A stretch of DNA of 56,925 bases from a bacterium HR35 (GTDB lineage: Bacteria; Patescibacteriota; Minisyncoccia; UBA6257; HR35). The stretch's first letter is position 1. The number at the start of each line of letters is the position of its first letter. Location of the stretch: positions 191,041 through 247,965 of the forward strand of contig BEIL01000001.1 in the NCBI GenBank assembly GCA_002898235.1, written 5' to 3'. Below the pieces are notes generated by a model, which saw only the letters and a program-made list of their open reading frames with translations, was not told the DNA's origin and did no database searches. The position numbers and the translations under genes are program-made. Shown here one piece after another: positions 9,018 through 16,479 of the stretch.

Positions 9018-9404
9018 ATGATTTTAAAAGTAAAAACTAATAAAAAGAAAGAGATTATTGATATAACTGAAAAAATAAATGAATTTTTAGAAAAACAAAA
9101 TAAAGAAAGTGGTCTAATTTTTCTTTTTGCTTTACATACAACCTGTGCTTTAACTACTGCCGATTTGGATCCTGGTGCTGATAAGGATTATCTAATTGCT
9201 TTTGAAAAAATTACTCCTCAAGCAAAATATATTCATCCTCATAACCCTGAACATTTTCCTGATCATTTTCTATCTTCAGTTGTTGGCACTTCCCTTTTTA
9301 TTCCTTTTGAAAATAAAAATTTAATTTTAGGTACTTGGCAAAGGGTGATTTTAATTGAATTTGATGGACCAAGAGAAAGAGAAATTATAATAAAAGTTAT
9401 TTAA
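9018..9404 (+). CDS. YjbQ/UPF0047 family protein (secondary thiamine-phosphate synthase-like)
   Basis: HTTCALTTADLDPG...HPHNPEHFPDH...GTWQRVILIEFDGPRER match family hallmarks. Confidence 0.8.
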   Translation: MILKVKTNKKKEIIDITEKINEFLEKQNKESGLIFLFALHTTCALTTADLDPGADKDYLIAFEKITPQAKYIHPHNPEHFPDHFLSSVVGTSLFIPFENKNLILGTWQRVILIEFDGPREREIIIKVI

Positions 9405-9418
9405 TTTTTTAATTTAAC

Positions 9419-9453
9419 AAAAAAAGGGAGGTGGGTGGCCAGCCCCCTCCCTT
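9419..9453 (-). terminator. strong GC-rich hairpin followed by U7 on the minus strand (terminator of the SIMPL gene; possibly bidirectional)
   Basis: AAGGGAGGTGGGTGG (9424-9438) pairs with CCAGCCCCCTCCCTT (9439-9453) at 13 of 15 positions. The A-run at 9419-9425 gives the minus-strand T-run. Confidence 0.5.
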
Positions 9454-9581
9454 GTGGTTCTCCCCCTGCACACCTATATTCTTTTTTATTTTTTTTGGCC
9501 ATCCCCTCCTTTCGAGAGTTCTATTTTAAATTATACCATATTATAACATTTTAAATCAAGCCCTAAGAAATACCTTAATTT

Positions 9582-10298
9582 TTACCTTATTTCAAAAGTT
9601 ATATTTACTTGCACTTTAATTTCTTGGGAACCTGGTTCAACTTGAGGGGTTGTTTTTAATTCAAGCTTTTCTAAACCAAGAGTGTATAAAGGAATTACTT
9701 CGGGGGTTGATAATTCGTTAATGCTTATAATTTTTCCTAATTTAAATCCGGCGGTTTTGGCAATCTTATCGGCTTTTTCTTTAGCATCTAAAATTGCTCT
9801 TTCTCTTGCTTTTTCTAAATAAACTTTAGGTTCATCAATGGTAAAATTAGGCCCAGAAACATTATTAGCACCATTTTTAACTGCTCCTTCAAGTATTTCA
9901 CCAATTTTAGATAAATCTCTAATCTTAACCACTAAATTTTGACTAATTGTATAGCCAACAATTTTATAAGGAGAAAGCGTGTAATCATATTTAGGAGTAA
10001 TTGAATAATTTTCTGTTTTAATGTCTTTCTCATTAATGCCTTGAGCTTTAAGAAAGTTTATAATTTTATTCATCTTGTCAGAGTTCTCTTGTTGTAAAGT
10101 TTTTAAATCACTACCTTCAGTAATAACACCAATTCTTATTTCAGCGATATTCGGAACAGCAATTTCTTTTCCTTCACCAGTAACTGAAAATGTTCTTTGG
10201 GGTTGATGAATATTTTTATATTCATAAACAAACCAGAAACAAGCTACAATAAACAAAAACAAGCTAATAATTATTGAATTTCTTAAAGTTTTATCCAT
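9582..10298 (-). CDS. SIMPL/DUF541 domain periplasmic protein
   Basis: N-terminal TM helix, then FSVTGEGKEIAVPNIAEIRIGV and a C-terminal EPGSQEIKVQVNITFEI pattern typical of DUF541. Confidence 0.7.
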   Translation of the reverse strand: MDKTLRNSIIISLFLFIVACFWFVYEYKNIHQPQRTFSVTGEGKEIAVPNIAEIRIGVITEGSDLKTLQQENSDKMNKIINFLKAQGINEKDIKTENYSITPKYDYTLSPYKIVGYTISQNLVVKIRDLSKIGEILEGAVKNGANNVSGPNFTIDEPKVYLEKARERAILDAKEKADKIAKTAGFKLGKIISINELSTPEVIPLYTLGLEKLELKTTPQVEPGSQEIKVQVNITFEIR

Positions 10299-10445
10299 TG
10301 TTTTATTATAACAAAAAAATTTTAATAAATATACTGGTGCTGAAACAATTAATAATGAAAGCGATCTTTATATTCTTCAACCAACGCCTTTAATTAATTT
10401 AGAAATTGTTGATAAATTTAAAAATAAAAACTTTGAGGAAAAAAT

Positions 10446-12110
10446 TTATACTTGGCAAAATTGACGAATATACTTATTAAATTTTTTACCTCGATCAAAT
10501 TCATTTTTAAATTTTTCAAAGGAAGCTGAAGCCGGAGAAAAAAGAATAACTACGGATTCATACGGATTATTAAACGGATAAACGCTGATTCTTTTTTTGT
10601 AAACGGATAAACGCTGATTATTATAAAGATGAAAATAAGATTTGTATTGATTTAAAATCCTAAAAACTATTTTTTTTAAATCTTCAAAAATATTTTCTTC
10701 TTTTATGGGGTATTTTAATTTTTTTAGTTCATCAATTAATTTTTTTGTTGCACTTCCGTTAAGTAAAAATAAATTTTCTGGCTTAATTTTATTTTTTATT
10801 TCTTTAGCCAATTCTTTAAAATCTAAATTTTTATCCGTTCCACCAGTGATTAAAATTAAGTTCTGCCCGAATCTTCTTATTGCCGCTATTGTAGCATCAG
10901 GAGTTGTTGCTGCTGAATCATTAACTATGATTAAATTTTTATTTTGATAAACTATTTCTTGACGAAATGGTGGAGTTTTAAGTTTAAAAATTTGTTTTTG
11001 AAGATATTTTTTAAATTTTTCAATATTTAAGCTTTTATCCTTTAAATAAAGATAAACAGCTAAAACAGCAAACAAAAGATTATAAACATTATGTTCACCA
11101 TAAATTTCTCGAAAATATGTTATGTCTGCGTTAGTCTGCGTATCGAAAATTTCAATGTCTTTTTCATCTCGAATTATCAAATTATTATTTTTAATAAATG
11201 CTCCTTTTAAATTTTTAGGTAACGGTTTTAAAGAAACAAAATAAACTTGGCTTTTTGGTTTTAATTTAAGAAAAAATTTTGTCCATTGGTTATCATAATT
11301 TAAGATAAGATAATCATCTTTTTTTTGATTAATAAATATATTAGCTTTAGCTTTAGCATATTCTTCCATATTTTCATAGCGATTTAAATGATCTCTCAAA
11401 AGACAAGTAATAATAGCAATTTTCGGTGCCTTTAAATTTTGAGTATAAAACTCTAACTGAAAAGAGGAAAGCTCTAAAACACTAACAGAATTTTCTTTTG
11501 TTTTATCAAGAATTTTTAATAAACCCTTATCAGGTTGATTTCCTCCTAAAAGAATATTTTTTTTATTTAATCTGCGTAAGTCTGCATCAAATCTGCGGAA
11601 GTCTGCGTTTTTCAACAATTCATAAATCCAAGTTGTTGTCGTTGTTTTTCCTCTTGTGCCAGTAATAGCAATAATATCACCTTTAGCATATTTAAAAAAC
11701 AAATAACAATCATTAACAACTTCTTTATTTTTACTTAAAGCATATTTAACTAATTCATTTTTATAACTTACACCAGGATTAACAGCAATAATATCAGCCC
11801 AATCAATATCTTCTTTGCGGTGTTTGCCTAAAATGTATCTAACTACGGATTTACGCGGATAATTATTACGTGGATTAACGCGGATATTTTCTTTAGATAA
11901 GGATTTATATTGGCTTAATATGGAACTTGAATTAATAAATTTATTGAGTTTATCAATCGATTTTTTAAGCTCTTTTTTTGTTTTCAAATCAGTAACTCTT
12001 AATTTTGCTCCTTTTTTAAAAAACCACTTTGCAGTTGCTAGTCCACCACCTAAAACCCCTAATCCTAAAATCAAAACTTTTTTATTTTTTAAACTATAAC
12101 TATTTTTCAT
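10446..12110 (-). CDS. murD: UDP-N-acetylmuramoylalanine--D-glutamate ligase with four in-frame repeat-derived insertions
   Basis: VLILGLGVLGGG (Rossmann-like N-domain), ITGTRGKTTTT (P-loop), NDSAATTPDA, and C-terminal SPASASFEKFKNEFDRGKKF. Confidence 0.85.
   Translation of the reverse strand: MKNSYSLKNKKVLILGLGVLGGGLATAKWFFKKGAKLRVTDLKTKKELKKSIDKLNKFINSSSILSQYKSLSKENIRVNPRNNYPRKSVVRYILGKHRKEDIDWADIIAVNPGVSYKNELVKYALSKNKEVVNDCYLFFKYAKGDIIAITGTRGKTTTTTWIYELLKNADFRRFDADLRRLNKKNILLGGNQPDKGLLKILDKTKENSVSVLELSSFQLEFYTQNLKAPKIAIITCLLRDHLNRYENMEEYAKAKANIFINQKKDDYLILNYDNQWTKFFLKLKPKSQVYFVSLKPLPKNLKGAFIKNNNLIIRDEKDIEIFDTQTNADITYFREIYGEHNVYNLLFAVLAVYLYLKDKSLNIEKFKKYLQKQIFKLKTPPFRQEIVYQNKNLIIVNDSAATTPDATIAAIRRFGQNLILITGGTDKNLDFKELAKEIKNKIKPENLFLLNGSATKKLIDELKKLKYPIKEENIFEDLKKIVFRILNQYKSYFHLYNNQRLSVYKKRISVYPFNNPYESVVILFSPASASFEKFKNEFDRGKKFNKYIRQFCQV
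10551..10619. repeat. repeat module in the murD 3' region, including an exact 20-nt direct repeat
   Basis: TAAACGGATAAACGCTGATT occurs at 10571-10590 and 10600-10619, preceded by tacggattcatacggatta. The protein reads NNQRLSVYKKRISVYPFNNPYESVV. Confidence 0.85.
11123..11142. repeat. TCTGCGT-type repeat pair inside murD
   Basis: Plus strand tgtctgcgttagtctgcgta. The protein reads TQTNAD. Confidence 0.6.
11569..11608. repeat. four tandem A(A/G)TCTGC(G/A)-type units inside murD
   Basis: Plus strand aatctgcgtaagtctgcatcaaatctgcggaagtctgcgt. The protein reads NADFRRFDADLRR, inserted just after the P-loop helix. Confidence 0.8.
11844..11887. repeat. ATCCGCGT-type repeat module inside murD
   Basis: Plus strand tacggatttacgcggataattattacgtggattaacgcggatat. 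The protein reads NIRVNPRNNYPRKSVV. It is homologous to the glucokinase module at 5883-5923. Confidence 0.85.
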
Positions 12111-12122
12111 TTTTTATCTTTC

Positions 12123-13226
12123 TTAAAAATCACTTTTTATAATTTTATCCCTCAAAATTTTATATTTTAAGAAGAAATTCAAATCAATTTTTGAACTCTT
12201 TAAAAATTTTATAAAATTTTTTAACTCTTTATCTATATTCTTTTTATTATTAAAATAAATTTGCCAATGCATAAAAGGATTTCCACTTGTAAGTCGAGTA
12301 GTTGTTTTAAATCCTGTTCCACTATAATTTAAGCTTTTTTTATTTGTTTCATAAGCATAAGCAAAGAGCAAAGCTGAAATTAGAAAAACTAAATGAGAAA
12401 CTTTAGCAACTATTTTATCGTGTTCAGCTGGAGATAATAATTTTGGTTTTGCTCCTAAAAATTTAACTAAATTTTTTATTTTATTGATTGTTAGTTTTTT
12501 ATTTTTAGAATGAGGTGTTATTATCCAGGGATAATTAATGAAGAGGGTTGCTTTAGAAAATAAAAAGCCACTTTTATCAGAACCAGCCATAGGATGAGTT
12601 GCTAAAAACTCTAACTTATCATCAGTCAATCTTTCAAATTCTAAAGCAATTTTTTCTTTAACACTTCCAACATCAATTACTATTAATTTTTTGTCAAAGA
12701 TTAGATTCTTCTTTATTTCATAAGCCCAAGGAATTATATGTTCTATTGGAGTTGCCAAAACAATTAAGTCGCTTTTAAAAATTAATTCTTTTAAATCATA
12801 AACTTTATCAATTATTTTTTCTTTTAATGCTTCTTTTATATCTTTATCGTCTCTTTTTATTGAAAAAACATTTAGATTCTTATCTTTCAATTTTAAAGCT
12901 TTAGCCATCGAGCCACCAATAATCCCTAAACCAATTATGCCTATATTTTTAAAATCTAATTGAGGAAATCTAAAAAATGATCTTTGTTTTTTGCTTAAAG
13001 TAAAAATATTACTATAGATTTCCCAAATGTTTTCTTTTAAAAAATCATTTTGAGCTATTCTTTTTAAGTTATTGATAATTTCTTCTTCTCTTCTGGAGGA
13101 AGTCAAACTTAGCTTTCTCTTTTCTTTAACTTTATTTATTTTCTCGACTAACAAAATTCTTTTCTCTAAAAACTTTATTATTTTTTTATCTATTTTATCT
13201 ATTTTTTTTCTTAGCGATTTGATCAT
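12123..13226 (-). CDS. tyrA: bifunctional chorismate mutase / prephenate dehydrogenase
   Basis: N-terminal AroQ-type helices (LRKKIDKIDKKIIKFLEKRILLVEKINKVK), then IGIIGLGIIGGS (NAD fold) and ATHPMAGS. Confidence 0.75.
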   Translation of the reverse strand: MIKSLRKKIDKIDKKIIKFLEKRILLVEKINKVKEKRKLSLTSSRREEEIINNLKRIAQNDFLKENIWEIYSNIFTLSKKQRSFFRFPQLDFKNIGIIGLGIIGGSMAKALKLKDKNLNVFSIKRDDKDIKEALKEKIIDKVYDLKELIFKSDLIVLATPIEHIIPWAYEIKKNLIFDKKLIVIDVGSVKEKIALEFERLTDDKLEFLATHPMAGSDKSGFLFSKATLFINYPWIITPHSKNKKLTINKIKNLVKFLGAKPKLLSPAEHDKIVAKVSHLVFLISALLFAYAYETNKKSLNYSGTGFKTTTRLTSGNPFMHWQIYFNNKKNIDKELKNFIKFLKSSKIDLNFFLKYKILRDKIIKSDF

Positions 13227-14083
13227 TTTATAAATTTTCCTTTTGAATAGAATCCTAATATCTTAACTTCTTCGGCTACTTTTTTAAATTCTTTTATTAC
13301 CTTTAAAATCTCATTTAATTTTTTCCCAACAAAATCAAAATCTAAATAAAAAATATATTCAAAGGGTTTTCCGATTATTGGTCTTGATTCAATTTTAGTC
13401 AAATTAATTTTATTTTCAGCAAAAGGCTGAAGAGCGCGATAAAGACTTCCCGGTCGATGAGGAAGTTTAAAAATCAGAGAGCATTTATCAGGATTATTTA
13501 ATCTCATATTTCTGTTATTTCTGGTAATTACTAAGAATCTAGTGTAGTTGTTTTTATCATCTTCTATGTGTCTTAAAATTATATCAAGATTATAAATCTT
13601 AGCAGCTAATTCACTAGCAATTGCTCCCAAAGAAGGGTTTTTTTGTTCGCTCACAAATTTAGCTGCTCCGGCAGTGTCACTGAAACTTACTTTTTCTATC
13701 CAAGGATGTTTTTCGAAAAATTTATTACATTGTTCTAAAGCTTTTGGGTGAGAGTAAACTTTTTTAATAAGTTTTAATCTCTTTCTCTTAGAAATATTTT
13801 TTAATTTAATCGCCAAAAGATTATGGATAATTCTTAAATAAATTTCACCAACAACTTTAATTGGATATTTATTTAACAAATCGTAATTTTCATAAATAGA
13901 TCCAGCAATTGAATTTTCAATAGGAATTATTCCAAAATCAGCCTTGTTTTTATCAATCAATTCAAATATTTCTTTAAAAGTTTCAGTTCCAATAAATTTA
14001 TTTTTGTTTCCAAAAAATTTTATCCCTGCAAGATAACTAAAAGAACCAGGTATTCCTTGATAGACTATTTTTTTAATTAACAT
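13223..14083 (-). CDS. pheA: prephenate dehydratase (PDT plus ACT domains)
   Basis: YQGIPGSFSY, NYTRFLVI and ESRP motifs. Confidence 0.85.
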   Translation of the reverse strand: MLIKKIVYQGIPGSFSYLAGIKFFGNKNKFIGTETFKEIFELIDKNKADFGIIPIENSIAGSIYENYDLLNKYPIKVVGEIYLRIIHNLLAIKLKNISKRKRLKLIKKVYSHPKALEQCNKFFEKHPWIEKVSFSDTAGAAKFVSEQKNPSLGAIASELAAKIYNLDIILRHIEDDKNNYTRFLVITRNNRNMRLNNPDKCSLIFKLPHRPGSLYRALQPFAENKINLTKIESRPIIGKPFEYIFYLDFDFVGKKLNEILKVIKEFKKVAEEVKILGFYSKGKFIK

Positions 14084-14139
14084 TGATTACTGAGCTCTAT
14101 TTACAAAAATAAGTTTTGTTTTAATTATATAATAAAGAT

Positions 14140-14937
14140 ATGAAAATTTACATCGGAACTTCGGGTTGGCAGTATTATCATTGGAGAGGAAAATTTTACC
14201 CTGAAAATTTAGATTCTAAGAATTTTTTAAAATTCTATTCAAAACATTTCAATACCGTTGAAATCAATACTAGTTTTTACCATTTAACTAAAAAAACGAC
14301 TTTTGAAAAATGGAAAAATGAAATCTCCGACCTACGCAGAAAAAATAAAAACGATTTTCTTTTTGCGGTTAAACTTTATCGACTTTTTACTCATTTAAGA
14401 AGATTAAAACTTAAAAAAGAAGATGAAAAAACTTTGAAAACTTTTTTAGAAAATGTCTCGGCTTTAAAAGAAAATTTAGGACCAATCTTAATTCAATTAC
14501 CTCCAAGCTTCAAAGATAAAGAGGTTTTAAAAAAATTTATTAAAAAATTTAAAACTATTATTAAAAATGTTTTTAAAAATAGATTACCCCTTATTGCTCT
14601 TGAAATTAGAAATAAAAATTTACTCACTAAAGATGTTTATAATTTTTTAAGAAAAGAAAAAATCATTTTTGTTATTTCTGATTCTCCTCGTTGGCCAACT
14701 GATTTTGTTAAAACAACTGATATAGTTTATGTTAGATTTCATGGCAAACCAATTCTTTTTGCTTCAAAATACTCAAAAAAAGAATTAAAAAAATATGCTG
14801 AAAAAATTAAAAAATTAAAACCAAAAGTTTTATTTGCCTATTTTAATAATGACGCCGAGGGTTATGCGATAGAAAATGCTTTAGAATTTAATAAAATTAT
14901 TATTAGCAATGATAAAAAAAGAAACAAGAGGACATAG
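14140..14937 (+). CDS. DUF72 (YecE-like) family protein
   Basis: IYIGTSGWQYYHWRGKFYP...FNTVEINTSFY...ILIQLPPSF...YVRFHG are DUF72 hallmarks. Confidence 0.8.
   Translation: MKIYIGTSGWQYYHWRGKFYPENLDSKNFLKFYSKHFNTVEINTSFYHLTKKTTFEKWKNEISDLRRKNKNDFLFAVKLYRLFTHLRRLKLKKEDEKTLKTFLENVSALKENLGPILIQLPPSFKDKEVLKKFIKKFKTIIKNVFKNRLPLIALEIRNKNLLTKDVYNFLRKEKIIFVISDSPRWPTDFVKTTDIVYVRFHGKPILFASKYSKKELKKYAEKIKKLKPKVLFAYFNNDAEGYAIENALEFNKIIISNDKKRNKRT
14322..14340. repeat. single CG-containing repeat unit inside the DUF72 CDS
   Basis: aatctccgacctacgcaga (protein ISDLRRKNKN). Compare gacttacgcagattaaat, giving DLRRLNKKN, in murD. Confidence 0.45.
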
Positions 14938-15235
14938 TGATTACCAAATAAATATTTTAGAAATTGCTAGAAGAAAAAACTTTGATGAAAATTATGTGAG
15001 AAATATATTAGATTTAAGAAGGAATATTTTTAATAATATAGGAAATAACCAAGAGCTTTTTAACGAATTCTTTAAACGTCTTAACCAATTAACTGAGATG
15101 CTAGGTCCTGAAGAGTGTCAAAAATATTTAGCTTGGCATATTGCTGTTGGTAGTACTCCAGATGAAAATTTAATTCAATTTTTAGATTTTGAAGGTGAAG
15201 ATAATATCCAAAATTTATTAAAAAGTTTTCCTTAA
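14909..15235 (+). CDS. hypothetical protein
   Basis: ORF only. It overlaps the DUF72 3' end by 29 nt. No motifs recognised. Confidence 0.4.
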   Translation: MIKKETRGHSDYQINILEIARRKNFDENYVRNILDLRRNIFNNIGNNQELFNEFFKRLNQLTEMLGPEECQKYLAWHIAVGSTPDENLIQFLDFEGEDNIQNLLKSFP

Positions 15236-16072
15236 GAGTAATTTTATTTTCCTATAATCAGCTCCTTTTCTTATTATTTTTATTTCTTTTTGAGTTAAAT
15301 CAATTAAAGTCGAAGCTTCGCTAGCAATTTTTCCTCTATCAAGATAAAAAACTTTATCATTGAAATATTTTTTAGCTTCTTTTATTGTTTTTGCTGGTTC
15401 ATATCCTTCCCAATTGGCTGAAGGAGCAATAAGTGGTCCTGATACTTTTAAAATTTTTAAAATAAATTTATCTTTAGGAAGTCTAAAAGCTAAAGTATTT
15501 GTTCCGCGATGAAGATAAGAAAATTTTTTCGATTGACAAGGTAAAATAACACTGATTTTAGCAGGCCAAATTTTTTCTAAAATATTTTTTTGCCAATTTT
15601 TAAGTTTAACACCAAAAAGTTTCAATTCTTTAATATCTGAAATCAAAATTATACAAGGTTTTTTAAGATTTCTTTTCCTTAACTTATAAACTTTTTCTAC
15701 TGATTTTTTATTAAAAGCTGAAGTACAGATTCCATAAATTGTATCAGTTGGAATAACTCCAATTGCTCCTTCTTTTAAAAGTAAAGCTGCTTTCAACCAA
15801 TCTAAATCTTCTCTTCCCAAATAACCACCAACAGTATAATCACTTTTAATTACTCGATGGCAAAGAACATTTTTATCTTTATTTCTCATCATCAGATTTC
15901 CAACAACTCTAAAAGCTTTTTCTTTACCCGCTAATTTGGCAACTTGTTTATAAGTTAAAAATTTTCCTGAAGGAATTTTTTTAACTACTTTTATTACTCT
16001 ATCTTTAAATTTATCTATAATCACCAGAGCCATGAATCTTATTTCTTTTTTTACGATCAAAAATTTTTTCAA
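15218..16072 (-). CDS. fusion of an MGMT/Ogt-like DNA-binding methyltransferase domain and L-threonylcarbamoyladenylate synthase (TsaC/YrdC)
   Basis: N-terminal half: IPSGKFLTYKQVAKLAGKEKAFRVVGNLMMRN...VLCHRVI...GGY...LLLKEG, the MGMT fold with Cys retained. C-terminal half: GVIPTDTIYGICTSAFN...KLRKRNLKKPCIILI, the YrdC domain. The start may be Met at 16033. Confidence 0.7.
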   Translation of the reverse strand: MKKFLIVKKEIRFMALVIIDKFKDRVIKVVKKIPSGKFLTYKQVAKLAGKEKAFRVVGNLMMRNKDKNVLCHRVIKSDYTVGGYLGREDLDWLKAALLLKEGAIGVIPTDTIYGICTSAFNKKSVEKVYKLRKRNLKKPCIILISDIKELKLFGVKLKNWQKNILEKIWPAKISVILPCQSKKFSYLHRGTNTLAFRLPKDKFILKILKVSGPLIAPSANWEGYEPAKTIKEAKKYFNDKVFYLDRGKIASEASTLIDLTQKEIKIIRKGADYRKIKLLLRKTF

Positions 16073-16340
16073 TATTTTTCTTAGCTATCTTTTCCAAAGA
16101 TAAACCTAAATCAGAAGCTAAATTAGATAGGTACCACAAGATATCTCCAAATTCATATTCTATATCATCTAGAAAATCCTTATTAATCTTTCCCTTTCTG
16201 TCTCTGAAGAGCTTTTTGAATTTCTCAAAAACTTCTCCAGTTTCTCCAGCCAAACCTAAAAGAGGATAGATGAATCTTTTTCCTATCTGGGGATATTTTG
16301 CTGTTTTTCTCGATAATTTTTGATAAGTTTTAAAATCCAT
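16011..16340 (-). CDS. MazG-like nucleotide pyrophosphohydrolase
   Basis: LGLAGETGEVFEKFKK...EFGDILWYL are the EExxE/D-type MazG motifs. Confidence 0.75.
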   Translation of the reverse strand: MDFKTYQKLSRKTAKYPQIGKRFIYPLLGLAGETGEVFEKFKKLFRDRKGKINKDFLDDIEYEFGDILWYLSNLASDLGLSLEKIAKKNIEKIFDRKKRNKIHGSGDYR

Positions 16341-16399
16341 TATAAATTAATTTTAAATTATCAAAAGAAAATATAAAAATGATAAAATTGAATTAATAG

Positions 16400-16471
16400 C
16401 GGGGTGTGGCCTAATGGCAAGGCGCCAGCTTCGGGTGCTGGAGATTGCGGGTTCGAATCCCGCCGCCCCGA
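16400..16471 (+). tRNA. tRNA-Pro (anticodon CGG), no encoded CCA
   Basis: CGGGGTGTGGCCTAATGGCAAGGCGCCAGCTTCGGGTGCTGGAGATTGCGGGTTCGAATCCCGCCGCCCCGA. Anticodon loop TTCGGGT. 72-nt cloverleaf. Confidence 0.85.
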
Positions 16472-16479
16472 ATAATCTA

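Noticed and set aside
9497-9518. CCCCTCCTTTCGAG resembling the 3' end of 16S rRNA (CACCTCCTTTC), hinting at an rRNA fragment.
   Set aside because: Only about 9 nt match and there is no flanking rRNA-like sequence. The match is probably a coincidental part of the GC-rich terminator region.
10312-10468. A plus-strand open frame (…YTGAETINNESDLYILQPTPLINLEIVDKFKNKNFEEKIYTWQN) in the spacer between the SIMPL gene and murD.
   Set aside because: It has no in-frame start codon and runs into the murD 3' end. I recognise no motif. At most it is an unverifiable gene fragment.
10551-11887. TTATCC-containing units (TTATCCGCG, TAATCCACG, TTATCCGTT) as a DnaA-box cluster or replication origin.
   Set aside because: They lie inside the murD and glucokinase coding sequences. 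No dnaA or dnaN gene or AT-rich unwinding element is adjacent. The matches to TTATCCACA are imperfect. The repeat-element interpretation fits better.
16414-16479. The N-terminal extension of the 446-aa ORF (MARRQLRVLEIAGSNPAAP...).
   Set aside because: This stretch is the tRNA-Pro gene read as protein. The real CDS most likely starts at Met 16480.
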